Positions 9,279 to 19,074 of a stretch of 64,000 nucleotides of DNA are shown in pieces (position 1 is the stretch's first letter; the number at the start of each line of letters is the position of its first letter). The position numbers were made by a program, and so were the translations under genes. This DNA comes from Lachnospiraceae bacterium. Lineage in GTDB: Bacteria; Bacillota; Clostridia; Lachnospirales; Lachnospiraceae. The DNA is taken from positions 3,528 to 67,527 of the forward strand of contig JAEEMP010000045.1 in the NCBI GenBank assembly GCA_016283275.1. The letters are read 5' to 3'. The notes under the pieces are model-generated. The model was not told where the DNA came from, made no database searches, and was given only the letters and a program-made list of their open reading frames with translations.

Positions 9279-10457
9279 CTATTTACGTGTAAATCTTGCA
9301 TAGAACGGGATGATCTCCCTTAAGGTATCAAGCACGTAATCTATCTCTTCCCCGGTGGTAAACTCGGACATGCTTATACGAAGCGCACCGTCCATCGTCT
9401 GTGCGTCTGCACCCATAGCCTTAAGAGTCGAGGATTCCTTTTTGGAATGCGATGAGCACGCAGAACCTGCCGATACATATATTCCTTTTTCCTCAAGAGC
9501 ATGAAGCATTACCTCGCTTCGAAGCCCTCTTACGGAAATATTCATGATATGAGGAGCAGTATCTTTTACGGCCAAAGAACCGTCTTTACCCCTTTTTACT
9601 CCGTTTATCGAAACATTGTCGATCTTTGATACTTCCGAAAGAAAATACTCTTTAAGACCGTATAATTTTGATATCTTTTCATCCATCCCCGAGGTTATCA
9701 TTTCAGCCGCAAGCGCTGTTCCCGCAATGCCCGGAACATTCAAAGTACCAGAACGCATTCCGTTTTGCTGGCCTCCGCCGAAGGTTATGGGTTTAAGCCT
9801 TACCTTTTCACTTACATATAAAACACCGATCCCCTTTGGTCCGTGGATCTTGTGCCCGCTTATGCTCAACATATCTATTCCCAACCTGGCCGGATAGATA
9901 TGCGCTTTAGAAAATCCCTGCACAGCATCCACATGAAAAATGATATCGGAATTATAAGTCTTTATGATCTTTGAGATCTCTGCTACGGGCTGAATGGAAC
10001 CCACTTCATTATTGGTGTGCATAACGGATACAAGTATCGTATCCGGTCTTAATTTACTTTTCAATTCGTCCAAAGAAACCACACCGTACTCATCGGGAGA
10101 AAGAAGATCGATCTCAAAACCCTGCGTTTCAAGATACTTAACCGTATTAAGTATCGCGGGATGCTCGATCTTTGTTGTGATGATATGCTTCCCGCGCCTT
10201 TGGTAAGAAAGCGCCGCTCCTATAAGCGCGGTATTATCCGACTCGGTTCCGCCCGATGTAAAAAGGATCTCTTTTTCTTTGACCTTTAATATCTTAGAAA
10301 GCTTAGTTAAAGCCTCCGTAACATACTTCTCCGCTTCGACACCCTTCATATGTACACTTGAAGGATTACCGTAATCTTCAAGCATTATCGTATTCATCAG
10401 GCTTACAACCTCCGGATAGACTCTTGTTGTAGCCGAATTATCAAGATATACATTCAT
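9279..10457 (-). CDS. Cysteine desulfurase (IscS/NifS family; ThiI partner)
   Basis: YLDNSATT, FTSGGTESDN, HVDAVQ, SGHKIHGPKG (PLP Lys), SAGSACSS (catalytic Cys). Confidence 0.95.
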   Translation of the reverse strand: MNVYLDNSATTRVYPEVVSLMNTIMLEDYGNPSSVHMKGVEAEKYVTEALTKLSKILKVKEKEILFTSGGTESDNTALIGAALSYQRRGKHIITTKIEHPAILNTVKYLETQGFEIDLLSPDEYGVVSLDELKSKLRPDTILVSVMHTNNEVGSIQPVAEISKIIKTYNSDIIFHVDAVQGFSKAHIYPARLGIDMLSISGHKIHGPKGIGVLYVSEKVRLKPITFGGGQQNGMRSGTLNVPGIAGTALAAEMITSGMDEKISKLYGLKEYFLSEVSKIDNVSINGVKRGKDGSLAVKDTAPHIMNISVRGLRSEVMLHALEEKGIYVSAGSACSSHSKKESSTLKAMGADAQTMDGALRISMSEFTTGEEIDYVLDTLREIIPFYARFTRK

Positions 10458-10458
10458 C

Positions 10459-11418
10459 TCATTTCTTCCTTGCGGTTATACCTCGCCACTCGCCCTTGCT
10501 GTCGATGCTTATGATTTCAAAACCTGAATTCTTTATACAATCGGCAACCTCTTTTTCTTTTGTATCGATTATTCCGCTTGTGATATAAATACCGCCCTGC
10601 TTTATGTTCTTTACGATCACGGGTGTTAAAGGTTCAAGTACGTCGGCAAGTATATTTGCCACCACTATATCGTATATACCGTAACCGACTTCGTCCTGAA
10701 CAGCCTTGTCGCTTATGATATTTCCTATCATTACCTTAAACTTGTCTTTTGATATCCCGTTTGCCTCCATGTTTTCAAAACATGCGTCGATCGCACAGGG
10801 ATCAAGATCGGTCCCGACCGCTTCTTTTGCTCCGTACATAAGCGATACGATAGATAATATGCCCGAACCGGTGCCTACGTCAAGAAGTTTGGTATCCGGC
10901 GTTAAATATTTCTTCAGCGCCCTTATACAAAGCTGTGTTGTCTCGTGCATGCCGGTCCCGAAAGCCGTACCGGGATCTATATGAAGCATCTTTTTATCCC
11001 TGTCTTCAGGCTTTACTTCTTCCCATGAAGGGATGACCAGAAGATCGTCCACATAAAACTGATGGAAAAACTGCTTCCAGTTATTTATCCAGTCTATATC
11101 TTCGGTCTCGGAGACCTCCACGCTGCCCTCACCTACTTCCGTATATTCGGCAGTTTCAGAAAGAACGCTTTTTATATCGCTTACGATCTTTTCCCTGTCA
11201 ACGGTCCCGTCGTCTTCCACAAAACAGCTTATATAGGCGATATCGTCGTTATCGGGCATATCGGGAAGGATATCCACAAACATCTGCTCTTTTTCAAGTG
11301 CGGTGAGCGGCACTTTATCCTCTATCTGGGCGCCTTCAAGGCCGATATCGTAGAGATTGCTTATCAAGATATCCTCTGCTTCCGTAATCGTTTTGATCCT
11401 AAATTTAATCCACTTCAT
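10459..11418 (-). CDS. prmA: Ribosomal protein L11 methyltransferase
   Basis: DWINNWKQFF, IDPGTAFGTGMHETT, LDVGTGSGILS, VVANILA; start ATG 11418. Confidence 0.95.
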   Translation of the reverse strand: MKWIKFRIKTITEAEDILISNLYDIGLEGAQIEDKVPLTALEKEQMFVDILPDMPDNDDIAYISCFVEDDGTVDREKIVSDIKSVLSETAEYTEVGEGSVEVSETEDIDWINNWKQFFHQFYVDDLLVIPSWEEVKPEDRDKKMLHIDPGTAFGTGMHETTQLCIRALKKYLTPDTKLLDVGTGSGILSIVSLMYGAKEAVGTDLDPCAIDACFENMEANGISKDKFKVMIGNIISDKAVQDEVGYGIYDIVVANILADVLEPLTPVIVKNIKQGGIYITSGIIDTKEKEVADCIKNSGFEIISIDSKGEWRGITARKK

Positions 11419-11431
11419 TTTTTCTCTCCGT

Positions 11432-11466
11432 AAAAAAAGGAAATACCGAATCACTCGGTATTTCCT
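11432..11466 (-). terminator. Rho-independent terminator after the S66 peptidase gene
   Basis: Minus strand AGGAAATACCGA-GTGAT-TCGGTATTTCCT followed by a T run. Confidence 0.75.
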
Positions 11467-11480
11467 AGAATATCACAAAT

Positions 11481-12506
11481 TTAACGTAAAATCATCTCTA
11501 TATTAAAAGTGTTGCCCAAAGCATCAACCTTTGCATATCCGCCCGAGACCATCGGGATCATCGGCGAAAGGTGCCCAAGGTCGATATCATAGATTATCGG
11601 CACATTGTATTTTGAAAGGATCCCCGTATATGCATCGTAGGGTTTAAACCCGTCAAAATCATCGTCATGCATAAGCGGTCTTCCGATCAAAAATCCTTTT
11701 ACATGTTCAAACCAGCCCGCCTCATCAAGGTTCCAAAGAGCTCTTCTCATGCTCATTACATTAAGATCGCAGCTTTCCAAAAACCATATGATACCGTCAT
11801 CTTTGTACTTTTCATTAAAAGCAGGCACCATGTCAAACCTCGTTCCCACAAGATTGGCAAGACAGTCAAGGCATCCTCCGATAAGTCTTCCTTCAAAATG
11901 AGCTTCGTTCGCTTCATATATCCTCTGGGAATACGGCTCTGTTATGTTATACGCAGCCAATGGGTTATCGCCGTCATGTTCAAGTCCTTCTTTTTCCCAG
12001 CCGTCATAGTTGGTAAAAGAACGCTTTTTCCCGCATAAAAGATCGAATGTATCCTGAATGGACTTATGCCAGGGTTCCATGCCGAAATCCGAAACGCACG
12101 GACCGTAAATTGCTGCAATATCGCATATCGTAGGCAGCAAAAACGTAAGGTTTGTGTTGTCGGAATAGCCTGTGTACCATTTTGGATCGGCCTTCATAAC
12201 AGACGCAAAATCCACATACGCAAGGTCCTCGCACATTAGTTCTCCGCCGCCGCACGATATGATCACATCCGAATGATCATTAAGGAAGAACTCATTTATC
12301 TCTGCGCCGCAAGCCATTGGGGTATTACTCTTTCCTATACCTGCACTGAGTCTTGCATTTGGTCCTTCAACAGTCTTAAACCCGAGAGCATTGAAATGTT
12401 TGAGCGCATTGTTGAATCTTTCGTTGTACGGATATGTGGAACATCCGAATGAAGGCGCAATAAAACCTATCCTGCCTCCGTCCTGTAAAAACTTTGGATA
12501 CTTCAT
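11481..12506 (-). CDS. S66 family peptidase (LD-carboxypeptidase / MccF-like)
   Basis: IGFIAPS, GGGEL, GYSDNT (catalytic Ser), LIGGCL, FLES, DLGHLSP (catalytic His). Confidence 0.88.
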   Translation of the reverse strand: MKYPKFLQDGGRIGFIAPSFGCSTYPYNERFNNALKHFNALGFKTVEGPNARLSAGIGKSNTPMACGAEINEFFLNDHSDVIISCGGGELMCEDLAYVDFASVMKADPKWYTGYSDNTNLTFLLPTICDIAAIYGPCVSDFGMEPWHKSIQDTFDLLCGKKRSFTNYDGWEKEGLEHDGDNPLAAYNITEPYSQRIYEANEAHFEGRLIGGCLDCLANLVGTRFDMVPAFNEKYKDDGIIWFLESCDLNVMSMRRALWNLDEAGWFEHVKGFLIGRPLMHDDDFDGFKPYDAYTGILSKYNVPIIYDIDLGHLSPMIPMVSGGYAKVDALGNTFNIEMILR

Positions 12507-12535
12507 AAATCCTCCTTAAAAGGCATAAAACGATA

Positions 12536-13783
12536 TCAGAGAATTATCCTAATCCTCGTACCGAGATCCGTCCTTGATACAATGGAAAACTTTCCGCCGT
12601 GCTTATCGACTATCCATTTTGCGATCGAAAGCCCAAGCCCGGTCCCTTCGGTATTTCTGGCTTCATCGGCTCTGTAGAAACGTTCAAACATGTGCTCCAC
12701 ATCCTTCTGTGCCATCCCGATACCGGTATCCTGAACCTGAAGAAACGGTCTGTAGTCTTCGGTCCGCCCGGTACTTAACAATATCTCATCACCCTGCTTT
12801 GTGTACTTGGCGGAATTGTCTATAAGTATCCTTACCGCCTGCTTTACAAGGCCGGCATCTATACTTATTATCAGCGGTTCCGCACAGCATGTGAACCTGT
12901 ACGGATGATTTTCGTCTATCATAAGGGATTCTTCGTATATCTCACGCATAACATCGTTTAGATCGATATCTTCCTTGTTGAGCGTTGTTTTACCGCTGTC
13001 ACCTCTTGCAAGGAAAAGAAGCTGCTCCACAAGATGCTTCATATGTTCGGATTCATTCTTTATGGCTGTTATGGACTCATCCAGAACTTTCTCGTCTTCC
13101 TTGCCCCATCTTGAAAGCATGTTAGCATATCCTTCAATAACCGCTATGGGGGTACGAAGTTCATGTGAAGCGTCATTTACGAACCTTGCCTGCTGACGGT
13201 AGTTTTCTTTCATACGGGATATAAGCCCGTTCATCGCATCTTCGATACCCTGAAGTTCGGAATCATGAAGAAGTATTTCCTTATTGTCGTCCGGCTCGAT
13301 CCTTGATATCGCATTTTCAAGAAGTTCATACTTATCCTCCGAAAACTCAAGTTTTGAAAGCTCATCCGCTTTCTTTGCGATCTCGTCTATAGGAGCGATT
13401 ATCCTTCTTATCTTCCTTTTCTCTCGCGAAAGAGACAGCAAAACATCGAAGACCCTCAACACAAACACTGAACCCGATATCGCAAACATTACTATAAGTT
13501 CGGGAAAAAGCGACCTTGTAAGGAGCACCTCTCCCGTGGATCGGGCTACTTCATATTTGATTTTATAAAAAGAATCAAGTCCCACAAAACTTCTGTCCAG
13601 ACTGAAATCTATTGTGTGCAGTATTGAAAATTCCGTTTCAAATGCCCATGCGAAAAGCAGAATGAAAAAGAGGCCGATGCTGCCCCAAAATGCTCTTCCA
13701 AGCTTTTCGCCCGCTATCAGCCACTGAAATTTATGTGTAATGGAGGTGACCCTTCTCTCCTGATTATTCGGATTTGATGACAT
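12536..13783 (-). CDS. Membrane sensor histidine kinase
   Basis: Two TM segments, FVNDASHELRTP H-box, LIDNSAKY, DTGIG, FERFYR, GTGLGLSIA. Confidence 0.93.
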   Translation of the reverse strand: MSSNPNNQERRVTSITHKFQWLIAGEKLGRAFWGSIGLFFILLFAWAFETEFSILHTIDFSLDRSFVGLDSFYKIKYEVARSTGEVLLTRSLFPELIVMFAISGSVFVLRVFDVLLSLSREKRKIRRIIAPIDEIAKKADELSKLEFSEDKYELLENAISRIEPDDNKEILLHDSELQGIEDAMNGLISRMKENYRQQARFVNDASHELRTPIAVIEGYANMLSRWGKEDEKVLDESITAIKNESEHMKHLVEQLLFLARGDSGKTTLNKEDIDLNDVMREIYEESLMIDENHPYRFTCCAEPLIISIDAGLVKQAVRILIDNSAKYTKQGDEILLSTGRTEDYRPFLQVQDTGIGMAQKDVEHMFERFYRADEARNTEGTGLGLSIAKWIVDKHGGKFSIVSRTDLGTRIRIIL

Positions 13784-14480
13784 ATCCAACTCCTCTTACG
13801 GTCTGGATCATTTTGATCCCAAAGGTCTCATCTATTTTGGTACGCAAAAATCTTATATATACATCCACGACATTGGTCTCACCCACATAGTCGTATCCGC
13901 AAACCTTTTCAAGTAATGTATCGCGTGAAAGAACAATGTCCTTATTGGAAAGAAGTGTTTCAAGCATCAGAAATTCTCTGTTTGTAAGAGGTATTTCCTG
14001 CCCGTTGTATGTCACCTTGTGCTTTTTCTCGTCAAGGACCACTCCGTTCCATGTATAAATGCCTTCTTCGCGGCTGTCCGTAGGATCCGATGCCGCATTA
14101 TTTGCATTCAACTGTCTTCCGTGCAGCTTAAGGGCTACCCTTATGCGTGCAAGGAGTTCTTCTATCGCGAAAGGTTTTGTGATATAATCCACCGCTCCCG
14201 CGTCGAGACCCGCAACCTTATCCATGACCGCATCTCTGGCGGTAAGAAGAATGACAGGCGTGGGATTATCCTTTGAAAGCCTTCTTAACACTTCAAGTCC
14301 GTTAAGTCCCGGAAGCATGATATCCAAAAGGATAAGATCAAAATTCTCCTGTGTCGCCTTATCGAGCGCCACACGGCCGTCTCCCGCCTTATCGACATCA
14401 TAGCCTTCGTGTATAAGCTCAAGTTCTATAAACCTGGCCAGTTTTTCCTCATCTTCCACCACCAGAATACGGGTACTCAT
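13764..14480 (-). CDS. OmpR/PhoB family response regulator
   Basis: ILVVEDE, LLDIMLP, DYITKPF, LTNREF, VDVYIRFLR, TVRGVGY. Confidence 0.95.
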   Translation of the reverse strand: MSTRILVVEDEEKLARFIELELIHEGYDVDKAGDGRVALDKATQENFDLILLDIMLPGLNGLEVLRRLSKDNPTPVILLTARDAVMDKVAGLDAGAVDYITKPFAIEELLARIRVALKLHGRQLNANNAASDPTDSREEGIYTWNGVVLDEKKHKVTYNGQEIPLTNREFLMLETLLSNKDIVLSRDTLLEKVCGYDYVGETNVVDVYIRFLRTKIDETFGIKMIQTVRGVGYVIKSE

Positions 14481-14489
14481 TATCTGCTC

Positions 14490-15023
14490 CTATTTGTTAA
14501 ATTCGTCTTTTATATTGTCTGCAATATCGCTTGCCTTATCCATTGCACGGTTAACCTTTGAAAGGTCATCCTTACCCTCAAATCCGTACTTGCAGCTGAA
14601 GAATAAGGATATAAGCATTACGGGAAGTGTAATGTGGAAAGTAAATACAAGGATAACGATCATAACCCAAACGGGGATCCTTATTATCACTTCGTCCTTG
14701 TGTCTTACCACGAACTCATTGTCATTACCCTTCTGCCATGCCTTTTTGCAGAAATCTGAGAACTTCTCGCCAGCGCTCTTGCCGTCGGCGTTTTTCTTTT
14801 CCTTCTTATCGGAGTTATCCTTCTTTGAATTTACTGCGGGATAATCTACCACCTCGCCTGTGAACTTTTCAACGTTGTCGTTGCCTGCAACCTTGCCTTT
14901 TTTCTCAAGGTAGATCATCGCATCGAGAAGATCGCCGTTAGCTGCGTCCAAAGCTTCTCTTGCTTCCTCGTATGAAACATTTGCTCTCTGTCTTAACTTT
15001 TCAACTTTTTCGAAATTATCCAT
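14490..15023 (-). CDS. DUF4342-type protein with UBA/TS-N-like N-terminus and hydrophobic C-terminal segment
   Basis: EKVEKLRQRANVSYEEAREAL...DLLDAMIYLE; KGNDNEFVV...IIRIPV plus a hydrophobic stretch. Confidence 0.65.
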   Translation of the reverse strand: MDNFEKVEKLRQRANVSYEEAREALDAANGDLLDAMIYLEKKGKVAGNDNVEKFTGEVVDYPAVNSKKDNSDKKEKKNADGKSAGEKFSDFCKKAWQKGNDNEFVVRHKDEVIIRIPVWVMIVILVFTFHITLPVMLISLFFSCKYGFEGKDDLSKVNRAMDKASDIADNIKDEFNK

Positions 15024-15130
15024 TTTTGTATTCTCCTCTTCGTAAAGATTATTAATGATGTTGTAGATTGTTGTTACCTGTTGTCGACGATATCAATTTA
15101 TCAACGTTTCATTAATGCATCTTTGAAGAA

Positions 15131-15150
15131 AGATTAAAATCAGATTAAAA
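15131..15150 (-). promoter_or_regulatory. Tandem direct repeat, putative OmpR-family binding site
   Basis: AGATTAAAA at 15131-15139 and 15142-15150 (11-bp period), upstream of the DUF4342-RR-HK operon. Confidence 0.5.
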
Positions 15151-15155
15151 GATTT

Positions 15156-15647
15156 TCATTTCCATTTAAGCCTGTGAAGCTCGCCTTCGGTCTCCATTCC
15201 GCAAAAACCGTTCTGCCTGAGTGCCTCATAAAGTACGATCGCAACGGAATTTGAAAGGTTTAAAGAACGGATCTTCGGACCCATGGGTATACGAATGCAA
15301 GTTTCCTCGTGATCCACTAAGATCTCCTCGGGTATACCTGCGGATTCTTTTCCGAACATTATATAATCATCGGGGCCGAATGAAACCTCGGTGTAACATT
15401 TATGAGCCTTTGTTGTAGCATACCATATCTTTGCGCCGGGATTCCTGTTTATAAAATCCTCGTAATTAATGTAATTTCTTACATCAAGATGTTCCCAGTA
15501 ATCCATTCCTGAGCGCTTTATCGCCTTTTCATCGAGGCGAAACCCCAGAGGCTCTATCAAATGAAGGGGCGTATCTGTAGCTACGCAGGTACGCCCTATG
15601 TTTCCTGTATTCGCCGGTATCTCCGGCTGATGTAAAACTATATGCAT
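15156..15647 (-). CDS. trmL: tRNA (cytidine34-2'-O)-methyltransferase TrmL
   Basis: HIVLHQPEIPANTGNIGRTC, RSGMDYW, FGKESAG, RSLNLSNS SPOUT motifs. Confidence 0.95.
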   Translation of the reverse strand: MHIVLHQPEIPANTGNIGRTCVATDTPLHLIEPLGFRLDEKAIKRSGMDYWEHLDVRNYINYEDFINRNPGAKIWYATTKAHKCYTEVSFGPDDYIMFGKESAGIPEEILVDHEETCIRIPMGPKIRSLNLSNSVAIVLYEALRQNGFCGMETEGELHRLKWK

Positions 15648-16825
15648 TACTTTTCGGCCTTTTCCTCACGAAGTTTATTGACAAATCTTGCCATTCTCTC
15701 CATGGCAAGTTTAAGTCTGTCCAAAGAATAAGCGTAGGATATACGAAGATATCCTTCTCCCGAATCGCCGAAAGCGGTACCGGGAACCGCAGCAACCTTT
15801 TCTTCTTCCAAAAATCTTGTGGCAAATTCATCCGATGTCATGCCGAATTCCTTGATACACGGAAATACATAAAATGCACCGAACGGTTCAAAACATTCAA
15901 GTCCCATTTCCTTAAAAGCGTTAAGAAGGAAACGTCTTCTCTGGTCGTATGACTGTCGCATCTTCTCAACATCTTCGTCGCCGTTCTTCAGGGCTTCGAT
16001 CGCAGCATACTGGCTCGTAGTGGGTGCACACATGATACAGAACTGATGGATCTTGGTCATCTGTGCAATTATTTCGGAAGGACCGCATGCGTAGCCCAGT
16101 CTCCATCCCGTCATTGCAAATGCTTTTGAAAAACCGTTTATAAGTATCGTTCTTTCCTTCATGCCGGGTAAGGATGCGATTGATACATGCCTTCCCTTAT
16201 AAGTAAGCTCTGCATAGATCTCATCGGACATAACGAATATATCCTTCTCGACGCATACTTTTGCGATCTCTATAAGATCCTTCTCCTCCATAATGGCACC
16301 TGTAGGATTATTGGGGAACGGAAGGATCAAGACCTTGGTCTTATCGGTGATCACATCCAGAAGTTCTTTTGCCGTAAGCCTGAATTCGTTTTCGGCCTTT
16401 AAATCGATTATTACGGGTTTTCCGCCCGCAAGTACCGTACAGGGTTCGTAAGATACGTAGCTTGGCTGGGGGATCAGTACTTCATCTCCCGGATTTAACA
16501 TTGCACGAAGCCCTATATCTATTGCTTCGGAACCCCCCACCGTTATGATGACTTCTTTGTCCCATTCATAGGATACGCCGTATTTTCTTTTTGTATAAAT
16601 GCATATTTCTTCTCTTAACTCTTTAAGACCCGAGTTTGATGTATAAAAGGTTTTACCCTTTTCAAGCGAATATATACCCTCGTCTCTTATATGCCAGGGA
16701 GTATCGAAATCGGGTTCGCCGACACCTAACGATATGGCATCTTTCATGACAGCGACTATATCGAAAAACTTCCTGATGCCCGAAGGTTTTATCTTAACAA
16801 CTTCATCTGATAAAGGATTTCTCAT
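15647..16825 (-). CDS. Class I/II PLP aminotransferase
   Basis: ISLGVGEPDF, PNNPTG, SDEIY, FSKAFAMTGWRLG. Confidence 0.92.
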   Translation of the reverse strand: MRNPLSDEVVKIKPSGIRKFFDIVAVMKDAISLGVGEPDFDTPWHIRDEGIYSLEKGKTFYTSNSGLKELREEICIYTKRKYGVSYEWDKEVIITVGGSEAIDIGLRAMLNPGDEVLIPQPSYVSYEPCTVLAGGKPVIIDLKAENEFRLTAKELLDVITDKTKVLILPFPNNPTGAIMEEKDLIEIAKVCVEKDIFVMSDEIYAELTYKGRHVSIASLPGMKERTILINGFSKAFAMTGWRLGYACGPSEIIAQMTKIHQFCIMCAPTTSQYAAIEALKNGDEDVEKMRQSYDQRRRFLLNAFKEMGLECFEPFGAFYVFPCIKEFGMTSDEFATRFLEEEKVAAVPGTAFGDSGEGYLRISYAYSLDRLKLAMERMARFVNKLREEKAEK

Positions 16826-17304
16826 GGCATAAAACTCTCCCTTTCATCAGTTTTTTTCTTGGAAAGTACGATACCGTGATCCTTGTACTTCTTAAGAATA
16901 AAGTGTGTAGCCGTACTTAAGACGGTTTCAAGGGTTGAAAGCTTGTCCGATACAAAAAGCGAAACTTCTTTTAAACTCTTGCCTTCGATGGATACCAAAA
17001 GATCGAATCCGCCCGAAATAAGATAAACTGCACTTACTTCAGGGTACTGGTATATCCTCTCTGCGATCGTATCAAAGCCCTGGCCTCGCTGCGGTGTGAC
17101 CCTTACCTCGATCAATGCGCTTACCTTGTCGATCGAAGTCTTGTCCCAGTCGATCATCGTATGATAACCGCAGATCACCCCTTCTTCTTCCATAGCCTTA
17201 AGTTCGTTGGCAACATCTATCTCTTCCATGCCGAGTATTACGGCAAGTTCTTTAATATCAATACGTGCATTCTGTTCTATAACCGAAAGTATTTTTTCTC
17301 TCAT
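16822..17304 (-). CDS. Lrp/AsnC family transcriptional regulator
   Basis: N-terminal HTH, MEEEGVICGY, YLISGGFDL, TATHFILKKYK; overlaps the aminotransferase start. Confidence 0.9.
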   Translation of the reverse strand: MREKILSVIEQNARIDIKELAVILGMEEIDVANELKAMEEEGVICGYHTMIDWDKTSIDKVSALIEVRVTPQRGQGFDTIAERIYQYPEVSAVYLISGGFDLLVSIEGKSLKEVSLFVSDKLSTLETVLSTATHFILKKYKDHGIVLSKKKTDERESFMP

Positions 17305-18290
17305 GACTTCTTCTCCTTCATTTTATATATTTCGTCGTTCCTGAACGGTTCAAGAAAACGAACATTGTCTCCGTTAATGATTATACGATCGTTCGAATCC
17401 GTAAATTTCCCGATTACCGCCGCATTTATCTTTCCTTCCGAAAGCGCCTTTACAAGTGCCTTCCCGTCTTTGGCCGCTATTAAAAGCGAGCCTGTCGAGG
17501 CGATTTCGTAAGGGTTTAAGTCAAAGAAATTACAGATTTCGACAGTTTCCTGTTTGATCGGAATCTTCTTTAGGTCTGCGGTAAGTCCAACGCCTGCTGC
17601 TTCAGCAATTTCGAAAAGTGCGGTAAATACTCCGCCCGTCGAAACATCATGCATGGCAGCTGCGCCGGACTTAACGGCGCCGGCGGCCTCCGGTACGATG
17701 CTTAGATAACGGTCGTACGCCGCCGCTTCATATATCATCCTTTGAGGAAACTTCTTTATAAGTTTTTCCTCATATTCCCTTGCAAGAAAGACCGTTGCTT
17801 CAAGACCGACCCACTTCGTAATAACTATATCATCACCGGGCCTTATATTTGAAGTACATGTTAATTTATTTTTATCCGCTTTTCCGACTCCGGTCACGGA
17901 TATCACAGGCTTTGACACACTTTCGTTAAGTTCGCTGTGTCCGCCCGCAACGCTTATATTTAATCCTTTGCAGGTTATTTCGATCTCCTTCGCTATGGCT
18001 TTAAGTTCTTTTTCCGAAAAGCCACGGGGAAGAATGTACGATGTAAGGATTGCTACCGGCTCCGCGCCCATGGATGCTATATTGTTTACAGCCTTTATAA
18101 CGGCCAAAGAAACATTCCCGCTTATAGTATCCGTGACAGCATCCGAAAGTACCGTAACATGATTTTCAAAATCCAAAACAGCGCAGTCTTCACCCACACC
18201 CGATCCGATGAGGATTTCACTGCGCCGTTTTTCTATTTTGTTTATTACGTTCTTTTTAAGTATGTTTTCAGGTACTTTTCCTATATTCAC
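17301..18290 (-). CDS. AIR synthase/HypE-related ATP-binding protein
   Basis: GSGVGEDCAV, AVNNIASMGAEP, AGGHSE, MHDVSTGGV, ASTGSLL. Confidence 0.85.
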   Translation of the reverse strand: MNIGKVPENILKKNVINKIEKRRSEILIGSGVGEDCAVLDFENHVTVLSDAVTDTISGNVSLAVIKAVNNIASMGAEPVAILTSYILPRGFSEKELKAIAKEIEITCKGLNISVAGGHSELNESVSKPVISVTGVGKADKNKLTCTSNIRPGDDIVITKWVGLEATVFLAREYEEKLIKKFPQRMIYEAAAYDRYLSIVPEAAGAVKSGAAAMHDVSTGGVFTALFEIAEAAGVGLTADLKKIPIKQETVEICNFFDLNPYEIASTGSLLIAAKDGKALVKALSEGKINAAVIGKFTDSNDRIIINGDNVRFLEPFRNDEIYKMKEKKS

Positions 18291-18311
18291 GACTCTGCTC
18301 CGTTCATTGCC

Positions 18312-18419
18312 TTAGTACATCAAAGATGATAAAATAGGAACAACCATCGCGACAACCAAAATAATGACGAGTATCAGTGTAAATGTTTTTTTACCTTTTT
18401 TGTCATAAATGTTAAACAT
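18312..18419 (-). CDS. 35-aa single-TM small protein (DUF4044-like)
   Basis: MFNIYDKKGKKTFTLILVIILVVAMVVPILSSLMY: basic N-terminus plus hydrophobic helix; a near-consensus promoter lies just upstream. Confidence 0.6.
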   Translation of the reverse strand: MFNIYDKKGKKTFTLILVIILVVAMVVPILSSLMY

Positions 18420-18452
18420 ATCTTTTCCCAACTGCTTAATCTTTTGAAAGGA

Positions 18453-18481
18453 ATTATAGTCTATGTATTGGAAACTTGCAA
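18453..18481 (-). promoter_or_regulatory. Sigma-A promoter for the small ORF-AIRS-lrp-aminotransferase-trmL operon
   Basis: Minus strand TTGCAA-N17-TATAAT, overlapping the start of the divergent gene. Confidence 0.6.
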
Positions 18482-19074
18482 GTTTGGCAATCTTTGCGAT
18501 CTTCTGTGCATGGGTCTGGTATGAATCACACAGAACCGTCAATATAGCAAAAAAACGTGAAGAAGAGTTCTGGGAAAGAGAGCGGGAGGCAAACTCTACA
18601 AGGCGTAAACCCATAGACCACCTGGATTATATAAAGCTTCCGAAAGATCTGCCCTATGAACTCCATACCGACAATGATGATATTTCAGCATGCATAAGAA
18701 CGATAAAAGAACTTGAAGGCGAGAACATTCTTAACCTTACAGGCTATTCAAATACCGACTTAAAGCTTGAATACGGGGCTCCAAATATTACCGAACTTTC
18801 AAGATGCGATCAGAACTATACGACTCTTGTGACCACATTCCAGAAGTGGGCCGATGAGCTTCTGAATTTAGGCGAAGAGGCCGAAGCCGTAAAACTTATG
18901 GAATTTTGCGTCAGAACAAAATGCGATGTCGGAAAAACTTACAGGCTTCTTGCCAAATATTATCTTAATAACGGCGAGATCGATAAATACAATGCCCTCT
19001 TAACCACGATAGACGAGACCAAAAGCATCAACAAAGAACACATAAAAGAATCTCTATATGCTCTTAAGGTTTAG
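18463..19074 (+). CDS. Conserved hypothetical membrane-anchored protein with C-terminal TPR-like helices
   Basis: N-terminal TM, EEFWEREREANSTRRK, NLTGYSNTDLKLEYG; GAAAGGA RBS. Confidence 0.75.
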   Translation: MYWKLASLAIFAIFCAWVWYESHRTVNIAKKREEEFWEREREANSTRRKPIDHLDYIKLPKDLPYELHTDNDDISACIRTIKELEGENILNLTGYSNTDLKLEYGAPNITELSRCDQNYTTLVTTFQKWADELLNLGEEAEAVKLMEFCVRTKCDVGKTYRLLAKYYLNNGEIDKYNALLTTIDETKSINKEHIKESLYALKV

